Counted from the stretch's first letter, positions 18,062 through 25,898 are shown. The stretch: DNA of 29,832 nt from Actinomycetota bacterium (GCA_005883885.1 VAYF01000041.1:1-29832), one strand, 5' to 3'. The notes: generated by a model from the letters alone, not told the origin. A program made the numbers and translations.

Positions 18062-18964
18062 ATGGCGATGCTCGCCCTCGTCGGGCCGACCGCCAGCGGC
18101 AAGTCCGAGGCGGCGCTCGCGATCGCGCCGGGCCTTGGGGCCGAGATCGTCTCGGTCGACTCCATGCTCGTGTACCGAGGGATGGATGTCGGCACCGCGA
18201 AGCCAACCGTCGAACAACGCGCCGCCGTGCCGCACCACCTGCTGGATCTGGCAGAGCCGTCGGAGCGCTTCACCGTTGCCCGCTATCAAGAGCTCGCACG
18301 GAGCGCCCTGCGATCGGTCGCCTGCCCGCTGCTGGTCGGCGGCTCCGGCCTGTATCTCCGCGCCATGCTCGACGAACTCGCGTTCCCACCGGAGGATCCC
18401 GTCGTGCGGGCTTCCCTCGAAGCCGAGGCAGACGACCTCGGGGCGGATGCCCTCTACCGCCGGCTGGCCGACATGGATCCTGTGGCCGCCGCGCGCATCG
18501 AGCCCGGCAACGTCCGTCGGATCATCCGCGCGCTCGAGGTGACCGCGATCAGCGGGGCGCCGTTCAGCTCCTTCGCGACGGCGTGGGATCGCTACGACGC
18601 CAACCGGGTGCGCGCCGCCGGCATCCGGATGGATCGGGAGGTGCAGAAGATCCGGATCGGCGAGCGGGTGTTGGCCATGTTGCGGAACGGCTGGTTGGAG
18701 GAGGTCCAAGGGCTGCTGGATCGCGGCTTCGGCGGGTGGCTCACCGCCTCCCAGGCGATCGGCTATGCAGAGCTCGCGGAGCACCTCGACGGTAGGCTCT
18801 CGCTCGATGAAGCGGCGGAGCGCACCGTGAAACGGACCCGGGAGCTCGCGCGACGCCAGATGGCGTGGTTCCGCCGCGACCCACGTATCCGGTGGTTCGA
18901 TGCGGGGCCGGGCGGTGCAGCGGAGGTCGCAGACGACGTCCGGGCCTACCTGGGGTCCGCGTGA
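18062..18964 (+). CDS. miaA: tRNA dimethylallyltransferase
   Basis: GPTASGKS, DSMLVYRGMDVGTAKP, VGGSGLY, RRQMAWF. Confidence 0.97.
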   Translation: MAMLALVGPTASGKSEAALAIAPGLGAEIVSVDSMLVYRGMDVGTAKPTVEQRAAVPHHLLDLAEPSERFTVARYQELARSALRSVACPLLVGGSGLYLRAMLDELAFPPEDPVVRASLEAEADDLGADALYRRLADMDPVAAARIEPGNVRRIIRALEVTAISGAPFSSFATAWDRYDANRVRAAGIRMDREVQKIRIGERVLAMLRNGWLEEVQGLLDRGFGGWLTASQAIGYAELAEHLDGRLSLDEAAERTVKRTRELARRQMAWFRRDPRIRWFDAGPGGAAEVADDVRAYLGSA

Positions 18965-19815
18965 CGGACGTCCTGCGCTTCTCGAAGTATCAAGCATCGG
19001 GGAACGACTTCCTGATCCTCGACGAGCTCGATGGTCCGGTAGCCGACGTCGACGTCCCGGCGTTGTGCGATCGGTGGGTGGGCGCGGGCGCCGACGGCGT
19101 GATCCGCGTCCGTCCGGGCGTTGCGGCCCCTTTCCGATTCGACCTCACGAACGCCGACGGGTCGCCCGCGGAGATGTCGGGCAACGGCATGCGATGCCTG
19201 GCGGCCTATCTCCGGGAGCGCGGGGGTCTCGACGTCGACGAGGTCGACGTCGAGACGCCCGCGGGCAAGCGTCACGTGACCGTGCAGCTCGACGGCGCGC
19301 GCGTGGTACGCGCGACCGTCGAGATGGGGACGCCGAACTTCACGAAGGCGGGGATCCCGATGTTCGGGCCGGCCTGGGAGACCTTCCTCGGCCAACCGTT
19401 CGATGTCGGAGGCGGGGTCACGTTTCCGGCATCGGCGCTGAGCTTGGGCGATCCGCATCTGGTCGTGTTCGTGGACGAGGATCCGGATCGCTACCACCTG
19501 GAGCACATCGGGCCGGCGCTCGAGCACCACGGGCTCTTCCCCGAGCGGACCAACGTCGAGCTCGTTCGGGTCGCCGACGGCGAGGCGCGTGTCCGGGTGT
19601 GGGAGCGGGGTGTCGGCGAGACGCTCGCGTGCGGGACAGGGGCCTGCGCGGTCGCGGTCGCTGCGAACGAGGCTGGGCTGACCCCGCCCACGGTCACCGT
19701 CATGTTCCGTGGGGGCCCGCTCCGCGTGGAGCGGTGCGAGGACGGGCGGGTGCTGCTCGAAGGCCCGGTGAGCCACGTCTACGACGGGGTGACCGATCCC
19801 CTCGAGCTTCGTTGA
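18961..19815 (+). CDS. dapF: Diaminopimelate epimerase (Ser at the first catalytic Cys position)
   Basis: GNDF, GADG, NADGSPAEMSGNGMRC, TNVE, RVWERGVGETLACGTGAC. GTGA overlap with miaA. Confidence 0.9.
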   Translation: MTDVLRFSKYQASGNDFLILDELDGPVADVDVPALCDRWVGAGADGVIRVRPGVAAPFRFDLTNADGSPAEMSGNGMRCLAAYLRERGGLDVDEVDVETPAGKRHVTVQLDGARVVRATVEMGTPNFTKAGIPMFGPAWETFLGQPFDVGGGVTFPASALSLGDPHLVVFVDEDPDRYHLEHIGPALEHHGLFPERTNVELVRVADGEARVRVWERGVGETLACGTGACAVAVAANEAGLTPPTVTVMFRGGPLRVERCEDGRVLLEGPVSHVYDGVTDPLELR

Positions 19816-19877
19816 GCTCCGTTAGCGTCCGTGACCTCGCGGTACGCTCAGGCGATCGACCCGACGAGACGAGGGAG

Positions 19878-20957
19878 ATGACCGGCACCCACCGCTCACC
19901 CGGGATGCGGAGCGTCGCGCCCTACCCGTTCGAGGAGCTCGATCGACGCGTCGCGCAGGCCGTGGCGAACGGCCGCGAGCTGATCAACTTCGGCGTCGGA
20001 GATCCGAGAGAGGAGACGCCGGCGTTCATCCGCGAGGCGCTGGTCGACGCGCTGGACCCGGTGTCGAGCTACCCCCGAGCCGCCGGTCTCCCGGAGCTCC
20101 GCGACGCGATCGCGGCATGGGTCGAGCGGCGGTTCGGGTCGCACGTGAACCCCGACACCGAGATCCTGCCGGTCCTCGGATCCAAGGAGATCGTCTTCTC
20201 GCTCGCCCAGCTCGTGATCGATCCGCCGGGGGGCAAGGACGTGGTGATCACGACGGCACCGGGGTACCCGATCCCCGGGTCGCGAGCGGCGATCCTCTGG
20301 ATCAACTATCCGAACAACCCCACCGGCGCGATCGCACCTCTCGCGTTCCTCGAGGAGGCGGCCGAGCAGTGTCGCGCACACGACGTGCTGCTCGCATCGG
20401 ATGAGGCGTACTCCGAGGTGTGGTTCGGGTCGGGCCCGCCCCCCGGCGCTCTCCAGCTGCCCGACCGGACGAACGTGCTCGTGATCAACACGTTATCGAA
20501 GCGCTCGTCGATGACGGGATACCGTAGCGGGTTCGTCGCGGGCGATCCCGGGTTGATCGCGGACCTCAAGCGGCTGCGGCCGGCGACCGGCGTCACGCCG
20601 CAGGAGTTCATCCAGCGGGCGTCGGTGGCCGCGTGGCGCGATGAGGTCCACGTCGAGGAGAACCGAGCGCGGTACCGACGGAAGCGCGAGCTGTTGCTCG
20701 ACGTGTTCGAGCGGCACGGGGTCCACATCGCGGGGAGCGTGGCCACGTTCTACCTCTGGGTGCGCGTCCCCACCGCCGAGACGTCGTTGGAGTGGGCCCT
20801 GCATCTCCTGGACCGCGGCGGGATCGTCGTCGCCCCGGGATCGTTCTTCGGGCCCGAAGGAGAGGGGTTCGTTCGGATGGCGATGGTGCCCTCGGTCGAA
20901 GCGTGCGCACGAGCCGCGTCGGCGCTGGACGAACTCCTCGCCGAGGTCCGAACGTGA
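19878..20957 (+). CDS. dapC: Class I/II PLP aminotransferase, N-succinyldiaminopimelate aminotransferase type; internal ~33-residue gap at 20277
   Basis: INFGVGDP, LGSKE, NYPNNPTG, SDEAYSE, PLP Lys in LSKRSSMTGYRSG. Lies between dapF and dapD. SD GAGGGAG. Confidence 0.8.
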   Translation: MTGTHRSPGMRSVAPYPFEELDRRVAQAVANGRELINFGVGDPREETPAFIREALVDALDPVSSYPRAAGLPELRDAIAAWVERRFGSHVNPDTEILPVLGSKEIVFSLAQLVIDPPGGKDVVITTAPGYPIPGSRAAILWINYPNNPTGAIAPLAFLEEAAEQCRAHDVLLASDEAYSEVWFGSGPPPGALQLPDRTNVLVINTLSKRSSMTGYRSGFVAGDPGLIADLKRLRPATGVTPQEFIQRASVAAWRDEVHVEENRARYRRKRELLLDVFERHGVHIAGSVATFYLWVRVPTAETSLEWALHLLDRGGIVVAPGSFFGPEGEGFVRMAMVPSVEACARAASALDELLAEVRT

Positions 20958-21793
20958 GCGACGTGCAGGAACTCAAGGACAGGATCGAGCGCAGCTGGAC
21001 CGATGTGTCCGAGGACCCCTCCGCCCCGATCGACGCGCCGGCCGTGGAGGCGACGATCGGGCTCCTCGACGGTGGATCCGTCCGCGTCGCCGAGCCCGAT
21101 CGAGGACGCGACGGTTCCTGGCGCGTGAACGCCTGGGTGAGACAGGCGGTGCTCCTGTACTTCCGTGTGCGTGGGCTCGAGACCTCGGAGGTGGGGCCGT
21201 TCGAGTACCGCGACAAGCTCCCTCTGAAGCACGGCTACGAGGCCCAGGGGGTGCGGGTCGTCCCTCCGGCGACGGTTCGGTTCGGGGCGCACCTGGAACC
21301 CGGGGTGGTGCTGATGCCGAGCTACGTGAACATCGGCGCGTACGTGGGGGCCGGAACGATGGTCGACACGTGGGCGACGGTCGGCTCGTGCGCGCAGATC
21401 GGCGCGAACGTCCACCTCTCCGGAGGCGTCGGGATCGGCGGGGTCCTCGAGCCGCTGCAGGCGGTCCCGGTCGTGATCGAGGACGACGCCTTCATCGGCT
21501 CGCGGTGCATCGTGGTCGAGGGCGTCCATATCGGGCGTGGGGCGGTCCTGGGTGCGGGGGTGGTGCTCACCGGGAACACCCCCGTGATCGATCCGCGTGG
21601 ACCGGAACCGGTGGAGCATCGCGGGCGCGTCCCCGCCGGCGCGATCGTCGTCCCCGGCACCCGTCCGAGATCGTTCCCGGCGGGGGAGTACGCGATGCCC
21701 TGCGGCCTCGTGATCGGGGACCGCAGTGAGGCGACCGACGACAAGATCGGACTCAACGAGCTGCTCCGCGACGCCGGATCGTCGATGAGCTGA
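20954..21793 (+). CDS. dapD: Tetrahydrodipicolinate N-succinyltransferase, E. coli-like type
   Basis: RVAEP...WRVNAWVRQAVLLYF, DKLPLK, RVVPPA, MPSYVNIGAYV, DTWATVGSCAQIG, GGVLEPLQA. GTG 20954 overlaps the dapC stop. Confidence 0.95.
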   Translation: MSDVQELKDRIERSWTDVSEDPSAPIDAPAVEATIGLLDGGSVRVAEPDRGRDGSWRVNAWVRQAVLLYFRVRGLETSEVGPFEYRDKLPLKHGYEAQGVRVVPPATVRFGAHLEPGVVLMPSYVNIGAYVGAGTMVDTWATVGSCAQIGANVHLSGGVGIGGVLEPLQAVPVVIEDDAFIGSRCIVVEGVHIGRGAVLGAGVVLTGNTPVIDPRGPEPVEHRGRVPAGAIVVPGTRPRSFPAGEYAMPCGLVIGDRSEATDDKIGLNELLRDAGSSMS

Positions 21794-23163
21794 TGCCGGA
21801 CGCGCGAACCACACCCCCGTCGCGTCCCACCGACCGGATCCTCGAGTCGCCGATCGCGGCGACGTGGCGTTCCGTCGCGCATGAGCGCGCCGTGCTGGTC
21901 GGTGTCGGGCCCGGGATCCAGGAAGGTGACCTCGACGAGCTGGCGGCGCTCGCCGACTCCGCAGGCGCGGAGCCGGTCGGACGCCTGATCCAGAGCCGCT
22001 CGAGCCCCGACCCCCAGTTCTGGATCGGCAAGGGGAAGGTCGAGGACCTGCACGGTCTGCTCCACGTTGCCGGGGCCGAGCTCGTCATCTTCGATGACGA
22101 GCTCGCCCCCGGCACCCTGCGTTCGCTGGAGGCGCGGCTCAAGGTCAAGGTGGTGGACCGCACCGCGCTGATCCTTGACATCTTCGCTCTGCACGCGAAC
22201 TCGAAGGAGGGCAAGGCGCAGGTCGAGCTCGCCCAGCTCAACTACCTGCTCCCTCGACTCCGCGGCTGGGGCGAGGCGATGAGCCGGCTCGGAGGCGGGA
22301 TCGGGACCCGTGGCCCGGGGGAGACGAAGTTGGAGGTCGACCGCCAGCACATCCGTCGACGGATCACGAAGCTTCGACGAGACGTGAAGGATCTGCGCAA
22401 GGAGCGCGACGTCAAGCGAGCCCGCCGGCAGAAGTCGAACCTCCCGCAGATCGCGATCGTCGGGTACACGAACGCCGGGAAGTCGACGCTGATGCGCCGG
22501 CTCACGGGCGCCGACGTGATCGTTGCCGACCAGCTCTTCGCAACGCTCGATCCGACGACCCGTCGGATCGACCTCCCGGGGGGACGGCACGCGACGATCA
22601 GCGACACCGTCGGCTTCGTCTCGAAGCTCCCCCACGACCTGGTCGAGGCGTTCCGGTCCACGCTCGAGGAAGTCACCCTTTCGGACCTGCTCCTGCACGT
22701 CGCGGACGCTTCCGCTCCCGAGGTGGAGGGCCAGATCGAGGCGGTCCGGAGGGTGCTGGAGGAGATCGGGGCCGCCCACATGCCCGAGGTCGTGGCGCTC
22801 AACAAGATCGACCGGCTGCGGGGAAGCGAGCGCGCGCGTCTCGCGACGCGGTTCCCGGGATCCGTCTCGGTCTCGGCCATCACTGGTGAGGGTGTCGAGG
22901 GACTGCTCGAGGCGGACGGCACGGCGACCCCCGATCCGCCGGTGGAGGTGGACGTGCTGATCCCGTGGGCGCGGGGGGACCTGGTCGCGATGCTCTACGA
23001 CGAGGCGGAGGTCCTGAAGGCGGAGGCGGAGCCGGACGGCACACGTGTCCGCGCCCGCGTGGGCCTCCGCGAGCTGGCGGCCGTCCGCGCCTACGCCGTG
23101 GGAGCGGGGGGCCGCTCGCCCACGGGGGAACCGATCGACCACAGCTTGGGGTCGTCCCAGTGA
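21793..23163 (+). CDS. hflX: Ribosome-splitting GTPase HflX
   Basis: EGKAQVELAQL, GIGTRGPGETKLEVDR, G1 GYTNAGKS, FATLDPT, DTVGF, NKID. Confidence 0.97.
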   Translation: MPDARTTPPSRPTDRILESPIAATWRSVAHERAVLVGVGPGIQEGDLDELAALADSAGAEPVGRLIQSRSSPDPQFWIGKGKVEDLHGLLHVAGAELVIFDDELAPGTLRSLEARLKVKVVDRTALILDIFALHANSKEGKAQVELAQLNYLLPRLRGWGEAMSRLGGGIGTRGPGETKLEVDRQHIRRRITKLRRDVKDLRKERDVKRARRQKSNLPQIAIVGYTNAGKSTLMRRLTGADVIVADQLFATLDPTTRRIDLPGGRHATISDTVGFVSKLPHDLVEAFRSTLEEVTLSDLLLHVADASAPEVEGQIEAVRRVLEEIGAAHMPEVVALNKIDRLRGSERARLATRFPGSVSVSAITGEGVEGLLEADGTATPDPPVEVDVLIPWARGDLVAMLYDEAEVLKAEAEPDGTRVRARVGLRELAAVRAYAVGAGGRSPTGEPIDHSLGSSQ

Positions 23164-24107
23164 CCCGTGATCACGGTGTCGGGGTCCTGCCCGCGGGTGG
23201 TCGCGAAGCGGAGCGCCAGGAGGTGCAGCCGGGCGACGAGCGGGATCTGCGCGAGGACACCCGGGAGCGGTGAGGGCTCCGGGAGCCGGCTGACGCCGAT
23301 CCCTTCGGCCTCGGCCGCTCGAGCGACGCCTTCGACGAGACCGTCCTCGTCGGGGGTCGTCAGGGCGAGCACGTGGTCCTGCGAGGTCAGCGGTACCGCC
23401 GTCCCGTGGAGGAAGAACTCGGCGTCGTAGCCCTCCGCGAGGACCCGAGCCGCTTCGCGCACCTTGAGCGCTCCCTCCCGAGCCGTCACCGAGGTGTGGC
23501 CCGCCCCGACGATCGTGAGGATCCGACCGGGGAGCGGGACCGACTCGGTCCCGTTGGACTCGAGCGCGTTGCGGACGCTGCCGGGGACGAGGGCGAGCTT
23601 ATCGGCCGTGATCGTGTCGGCCCCCATCGCCGAGGCGAGCATGCCGAGCGCGAGCAGAGCGGTCGTGTAGCTCACGGTGTAGGTCTCGGAGGTCTCTTTC
23701 TCCACGGTCTGGATCGCGTCGTTGAACGGAGATCCCTCGCGGCAGATCGTCACGGTCTGCAGACCTGCCGAGAAGGCGAGCGCGCGCGCGGCGAGCGCGT
23801 ACGCGGTCTCCCCGGTGTGCGTGATGACCACGACCCCGTCCTGCGGGCCCACGATCGGCGCGTTCTTCACGAACTGCATCGAAGACACGGAGTGCGCCGA
23901 CCGTCCTGCATCCTGGAGCATCGCCGCTCCCAGGTTGGCCGCGTGCTGGCTGGTGCCCGTCCCGACCACCCAGATCCGCCGAACGCGATGGAGCGCCTCG
24001 GCCGCGGCATGGACCTGTGCCTTGACCGAGCCGGACGTGAGGACGTGTTCGAGCTGCTCGGGTTGCGAGCGGATCTGCTGTTCGAGCTGGGTGGCGTATC
24101 GCGACAT
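23091..24107 (-). CDS. Tandem-SIS sugar-phosphate isomerase-like protein (GlmS isomerase/AgaS/FrlB-like, no glutaminase domain)
   Basis: IRSQPE, VGTGTSQHAA, ITHTGET, AREGALKVREA...EFFLHG. SD GAGGAG and TAGGCT -10 upstream. Confidence 0.85.
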   Translation of the reverse strand: MSRYATQLEQQIRSQPEQLEHVLTSGSVKAQVHAAAEALHRVRRIWVVGTGTSQHAANLGAAMLQDAGRSAHSVSSMQFVKNAPIVGPQDGVVVITHTGETAYALAARALAFSAGLQTVTICREGSPFNDAIQTVEKETSETYTVSYTTALLALGMLASAMGADTITADKLALVPGSVRNALESNGTESVPLPGRILTIVGAGHTSVTAREGALKVREAARVLAEGYDAEFFLHGTAVPLTSQDHVLALTTPDEDGLVEGVARAAEAEGIGVSRLPEPSPLPGVLAQIPLVARLHLLALRFATTRGQDPDTVITGHWDDPKLWSIGSPVGERPPAPTA

Positions 24108-24151
24108 CAGGAAGGCTCCTCGGGGATCCGGTGCCGGGAGCCTAGCCGACT

Positions 24152-24760
24152 TCAGAGGCGCCTGAGAACGGCGACGACCTTTCCCAAGATCGTTCCGTCG
24201 GTCATCTCGAAGGGCTCGAGCGCGGGGTTCTCGGGGATCAGCATCACGCGAGGCCCGTCGTGCCCGAGTCGCTTGACCGTCGCTTCGTCCTCGGCCGGCC
24301 CGGGAAGGAGTGCCGCCACGATGTCGCCGTCCGTGGCCGAGCCCTGGCTCTGCACGACGACGACGTCCCCATCGAGGATCCCGGCATCGACCATGGACGT
24401 CCCGCTCACCCGAAGGGCGAAGTGGTCGCCGCCGCGGACGAACCCGGCGGGCACCGAGAGGTACTCCTCGATGTGTTCGCTCGCGAGGGTGGGCTGGCCG
24501 GCCGCGATGCGTCCGAGCACCGGCACGACCGTCGCCTCGACCCGGGCATCCGACGCCAGGGTCATGGCCCGCGGCTTCGTCGGATCCTTCTTCAGGAGCC
24601 CGGCGCGTTCGAGGTTGGCGAGCTGGGCATGGACCGACGAGGACGAGGTCAGTCCGACGGCCTCGCCGATCTCACGCACCGTCGGGGGGTAGCCGCGCTC
24701 CCGCACCGTCTCGGCGATGAAGTCCACGATCCGTTGCTGCCGGGGTGTGATGTCAGACAC
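24152..24760 (-). CDS. lexA: SOS repressor LexA
   Basis: GYPPTVREIG winged helix, cleavage site GRIAAG, catalytic Ser (GTSM) and Lys (ATVKR). GTG 24760 lies 9 nt after SD AAGGAGG. Confidence 0.97.
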   Translation of the reverse strand: MSDITPRQQRIVDFIAETVRERGYPPTVREIGEAVGLTSSSSVHAQLANLERAGLLKKDPTKPRAMTLASDARVEATVVPVLGRIAAGQPTLASEHIEEYLSVPAGFVRGGDHFALRVSGTSMVDAGILDGDVVVVQSQGSATDGDIVAALLPGPAEDEATVKRLGHDGPRVMLIPENPALEPFEMTDGTILGKVVAVLRRL

Positions 24761-24772
24761 CGTGGCTACCCT
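24751..24772 (+). promoter_or_regulatory. PafBC/RecA-NDp-type promoter facing the LysM gene, embedded in the lexA start
   Basis: TGTCAG-N10-TACCCT (TGTCAGAC-ACCGTGGC-TACCCT), closely matching the recA copy. Confidence 0.65.
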
Positions 24773-24780
24773 CCTTCTCG

Positions 24781-25167
24781 GTGGGGCGGACGCTAGCACC
24801 GGGGCCGGGGGGACGCAAACATATGTTCGAGTCGAGCCTTGACACCGAACGTACGTTCGGGCACAGTCGGGAGGTGAGCCGGACACACCTTCGACGCCGA
24901 CGCCTCGCCGCAGCTGCACTGCTGGTGCTCGCGCTCTCGGTCTCGGCGCCGGCCGTCTCCGCCGCGGTCACGGGCCATTCGTCTCGGCGGGCCGACGCTC
25001 CGGATCGCTACGTGGTCCAGGTCGGGGATACCTTGTGGGGCATCGCCGTCAGGCGGGCGCCCGGCAGCGACCCACGGCAGGTGGTCCAGGCGATCGTCGA
25101 TACGAACAACATCGATGCCGGGACGCTCGTGCCGGGGGAGGTCCTCGTCATCCCGCCTGACGGTTGA
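24781..25167 (+). CDS. LysM-domain membrane-anchored SOS cell-division inhibitor candidate (YneA/ChiZ-like); start uncertain (24781, 24823 or 24874)
   Basis: Basic stretch plus hydrophobic helix (RRRRLAAAALLVLALSV) and LysM domain (YVVQVGDTLWGIA...LVPGEVLVIP). Divergent from lexA and upstream of nrdR. Confidence 0.85.
   Translation: MGRTLAPGPGGRKHMFESSLDTERTFGHSREVSRTHLRRRRLAAAALLVLALSVSAPAVSAAVTGHSSRRADAPDRYVVQVGDTLWGIAVRRAPGSDPRQVVQAIVDTNNIDAGTLVPGEVLVIPPDG
24790..24818 (-). promoter_or_regulatory. Putative lexA promoter
   Basis: Minus strand TTGCGT-17 nt-TAGCGT with an extended -10 TG. The -35 overlaps an SOS box. Confidence 0.65.
24816..24860. promoter_or_regulatory. Two LexA (SOS) boxes between lexA and the LysM gene
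   Basis: CAAAC-ATAT-GTTCG (24816-24829, one mismatch) and the perfect palindrome CCGAAC-GTAC-GTTCGG (24845-24860), the latter just after TTGACA (24839-24844). Confidence 0.9.
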
Positions 25168-25216
25168 CGACCCACCATGCTGCGGGTACGGTTCGCGCCG
25201 CCACTACATCTTGTGG
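25164..25216 (+). promoter_or_regulatory. nrdR promoter with NrdR boxes
   Basis: TTGACG-17 nt-TACGGT. Strong box CCACTACATCTTGTGG (25201-25216) and degenerate box ACCCACCATGCTGCGG (25170-25185) 31 bp upstream. Confidence 0.75.
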
Positions 25217-25225
25217 CCCGTACGC

Positions 25226-25702
25226 ATGCGCTGCCCTTGGTGCCAGGCCGACGACGACCGTGTGGTCGACTCGCGTCCCGCCGACGGTGGCGGCTCGATC
25301 CGCCGGCGTCGCGAGTGCGCAGCCTGCGGGCGCCGGTTCACCACCTTCGAGCGGATCGAGGAGGTCGGGTTGGTCGTGGCGAAGCGCGATGGGAGCTCGG
25401 AGCCCTTCGATCGCGAGAAGCTGGCCGCCGGGATCCGCAAGGCCTTCGCCGGGCGGCCGACCTCTCCCTTACAGATCGAGCAGATGGTGGGCAGGATCGA
25501 GACACGGGTGCGCCGCAAGGGACCCGACGTGACGTCCCAGCAGGTCGGCAGCGAGGTCCTCGCCATGCTCCAGAAGGTCGACGAGGTCGCGTACCTCCGG
25601 TACGCCAGTGTGTACAAGGACTTCCAGGGCACGGCGGACTTCCAGCGCGAGCTGGGGATGCTGCTCGAGAAGAAGGAGCCGGCCAGGAAGCGGACCCGTT
25701 AG
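25226..25702 (+). CDS. nrdR: Transcriptional repressor NrdR
   Basis: MRCPWC...VVDSR...IRRRRECAACGRRFTTFE zinc ribbon, ATP cone, VAYLRYASVYKDF. Confidence 0.97.
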   Translation: MRCPWCQADDDRVVDSRPADGGGSIRRRRECAACGRRFTTFERIEEVGLVVAKRDGSSEPFDREKLAAGIRKAFAGRPTSPLQIEQMVGRIETRVRRKGPDVTSQQVGSEVLAMLQKVDEVAYLRYASVYKDFQGTADFQRELGMLLEKKEPARKRTR

Positions 25703-25713
25703 CCTGTCCGTCG

Positions 25714-25732
25714 GAGCCCGGCTGCCGGGCTC
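25714..25732 (+). terminator. Possible hairpin terminator after nrdR (no U-tract)
   Basis: GAGCCCGG-CTG-CCGGGCTC, 8-bp stem 11 nt after the stop. Confidence 0.35.
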
Positions 25733-25758
25733 GGTGGTCGGATCGCGATGCCTGCGAG

Positions 25759-25829
25759 ATACTAGATGTAGTGGTCGTCAAGGAAACTGTCCACTACCCC
25801 TTGACGTCGTCGGGCGCCGGGTCCATGAT
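25759..25829 (+). promoter_or_regulatory. nrdJ promoter with tandem NrdR boxes
   Basis: Strong box ATACTAGATGTAGTGG (25759-25774). Weaker box CCACTACCCCTTGACG (25791-25806) lies 32 bp downstream and overlaps -35 TTGACG; -10-like CATGAT at 17 nt. Confidence 0.75.
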
Positions 25830-25838
25830 GCCCAGACG

Positions 25839-25858
25839 CGAATGACAGGTCTGTAACT
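25839..25858. promoter_or_regulatory. Unassigned 20-bp motif, copy 2 (shared with recA upstream region)
   Basis: CGAATGACAGGTCTGTAACT, 18/20 identical to 13284-13303. Confidence 0.7.
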
Positions 25859-25898
25859 ACACATCGAGGGTTCGTTCGCGGCGGAAGGAGGGGAACAC

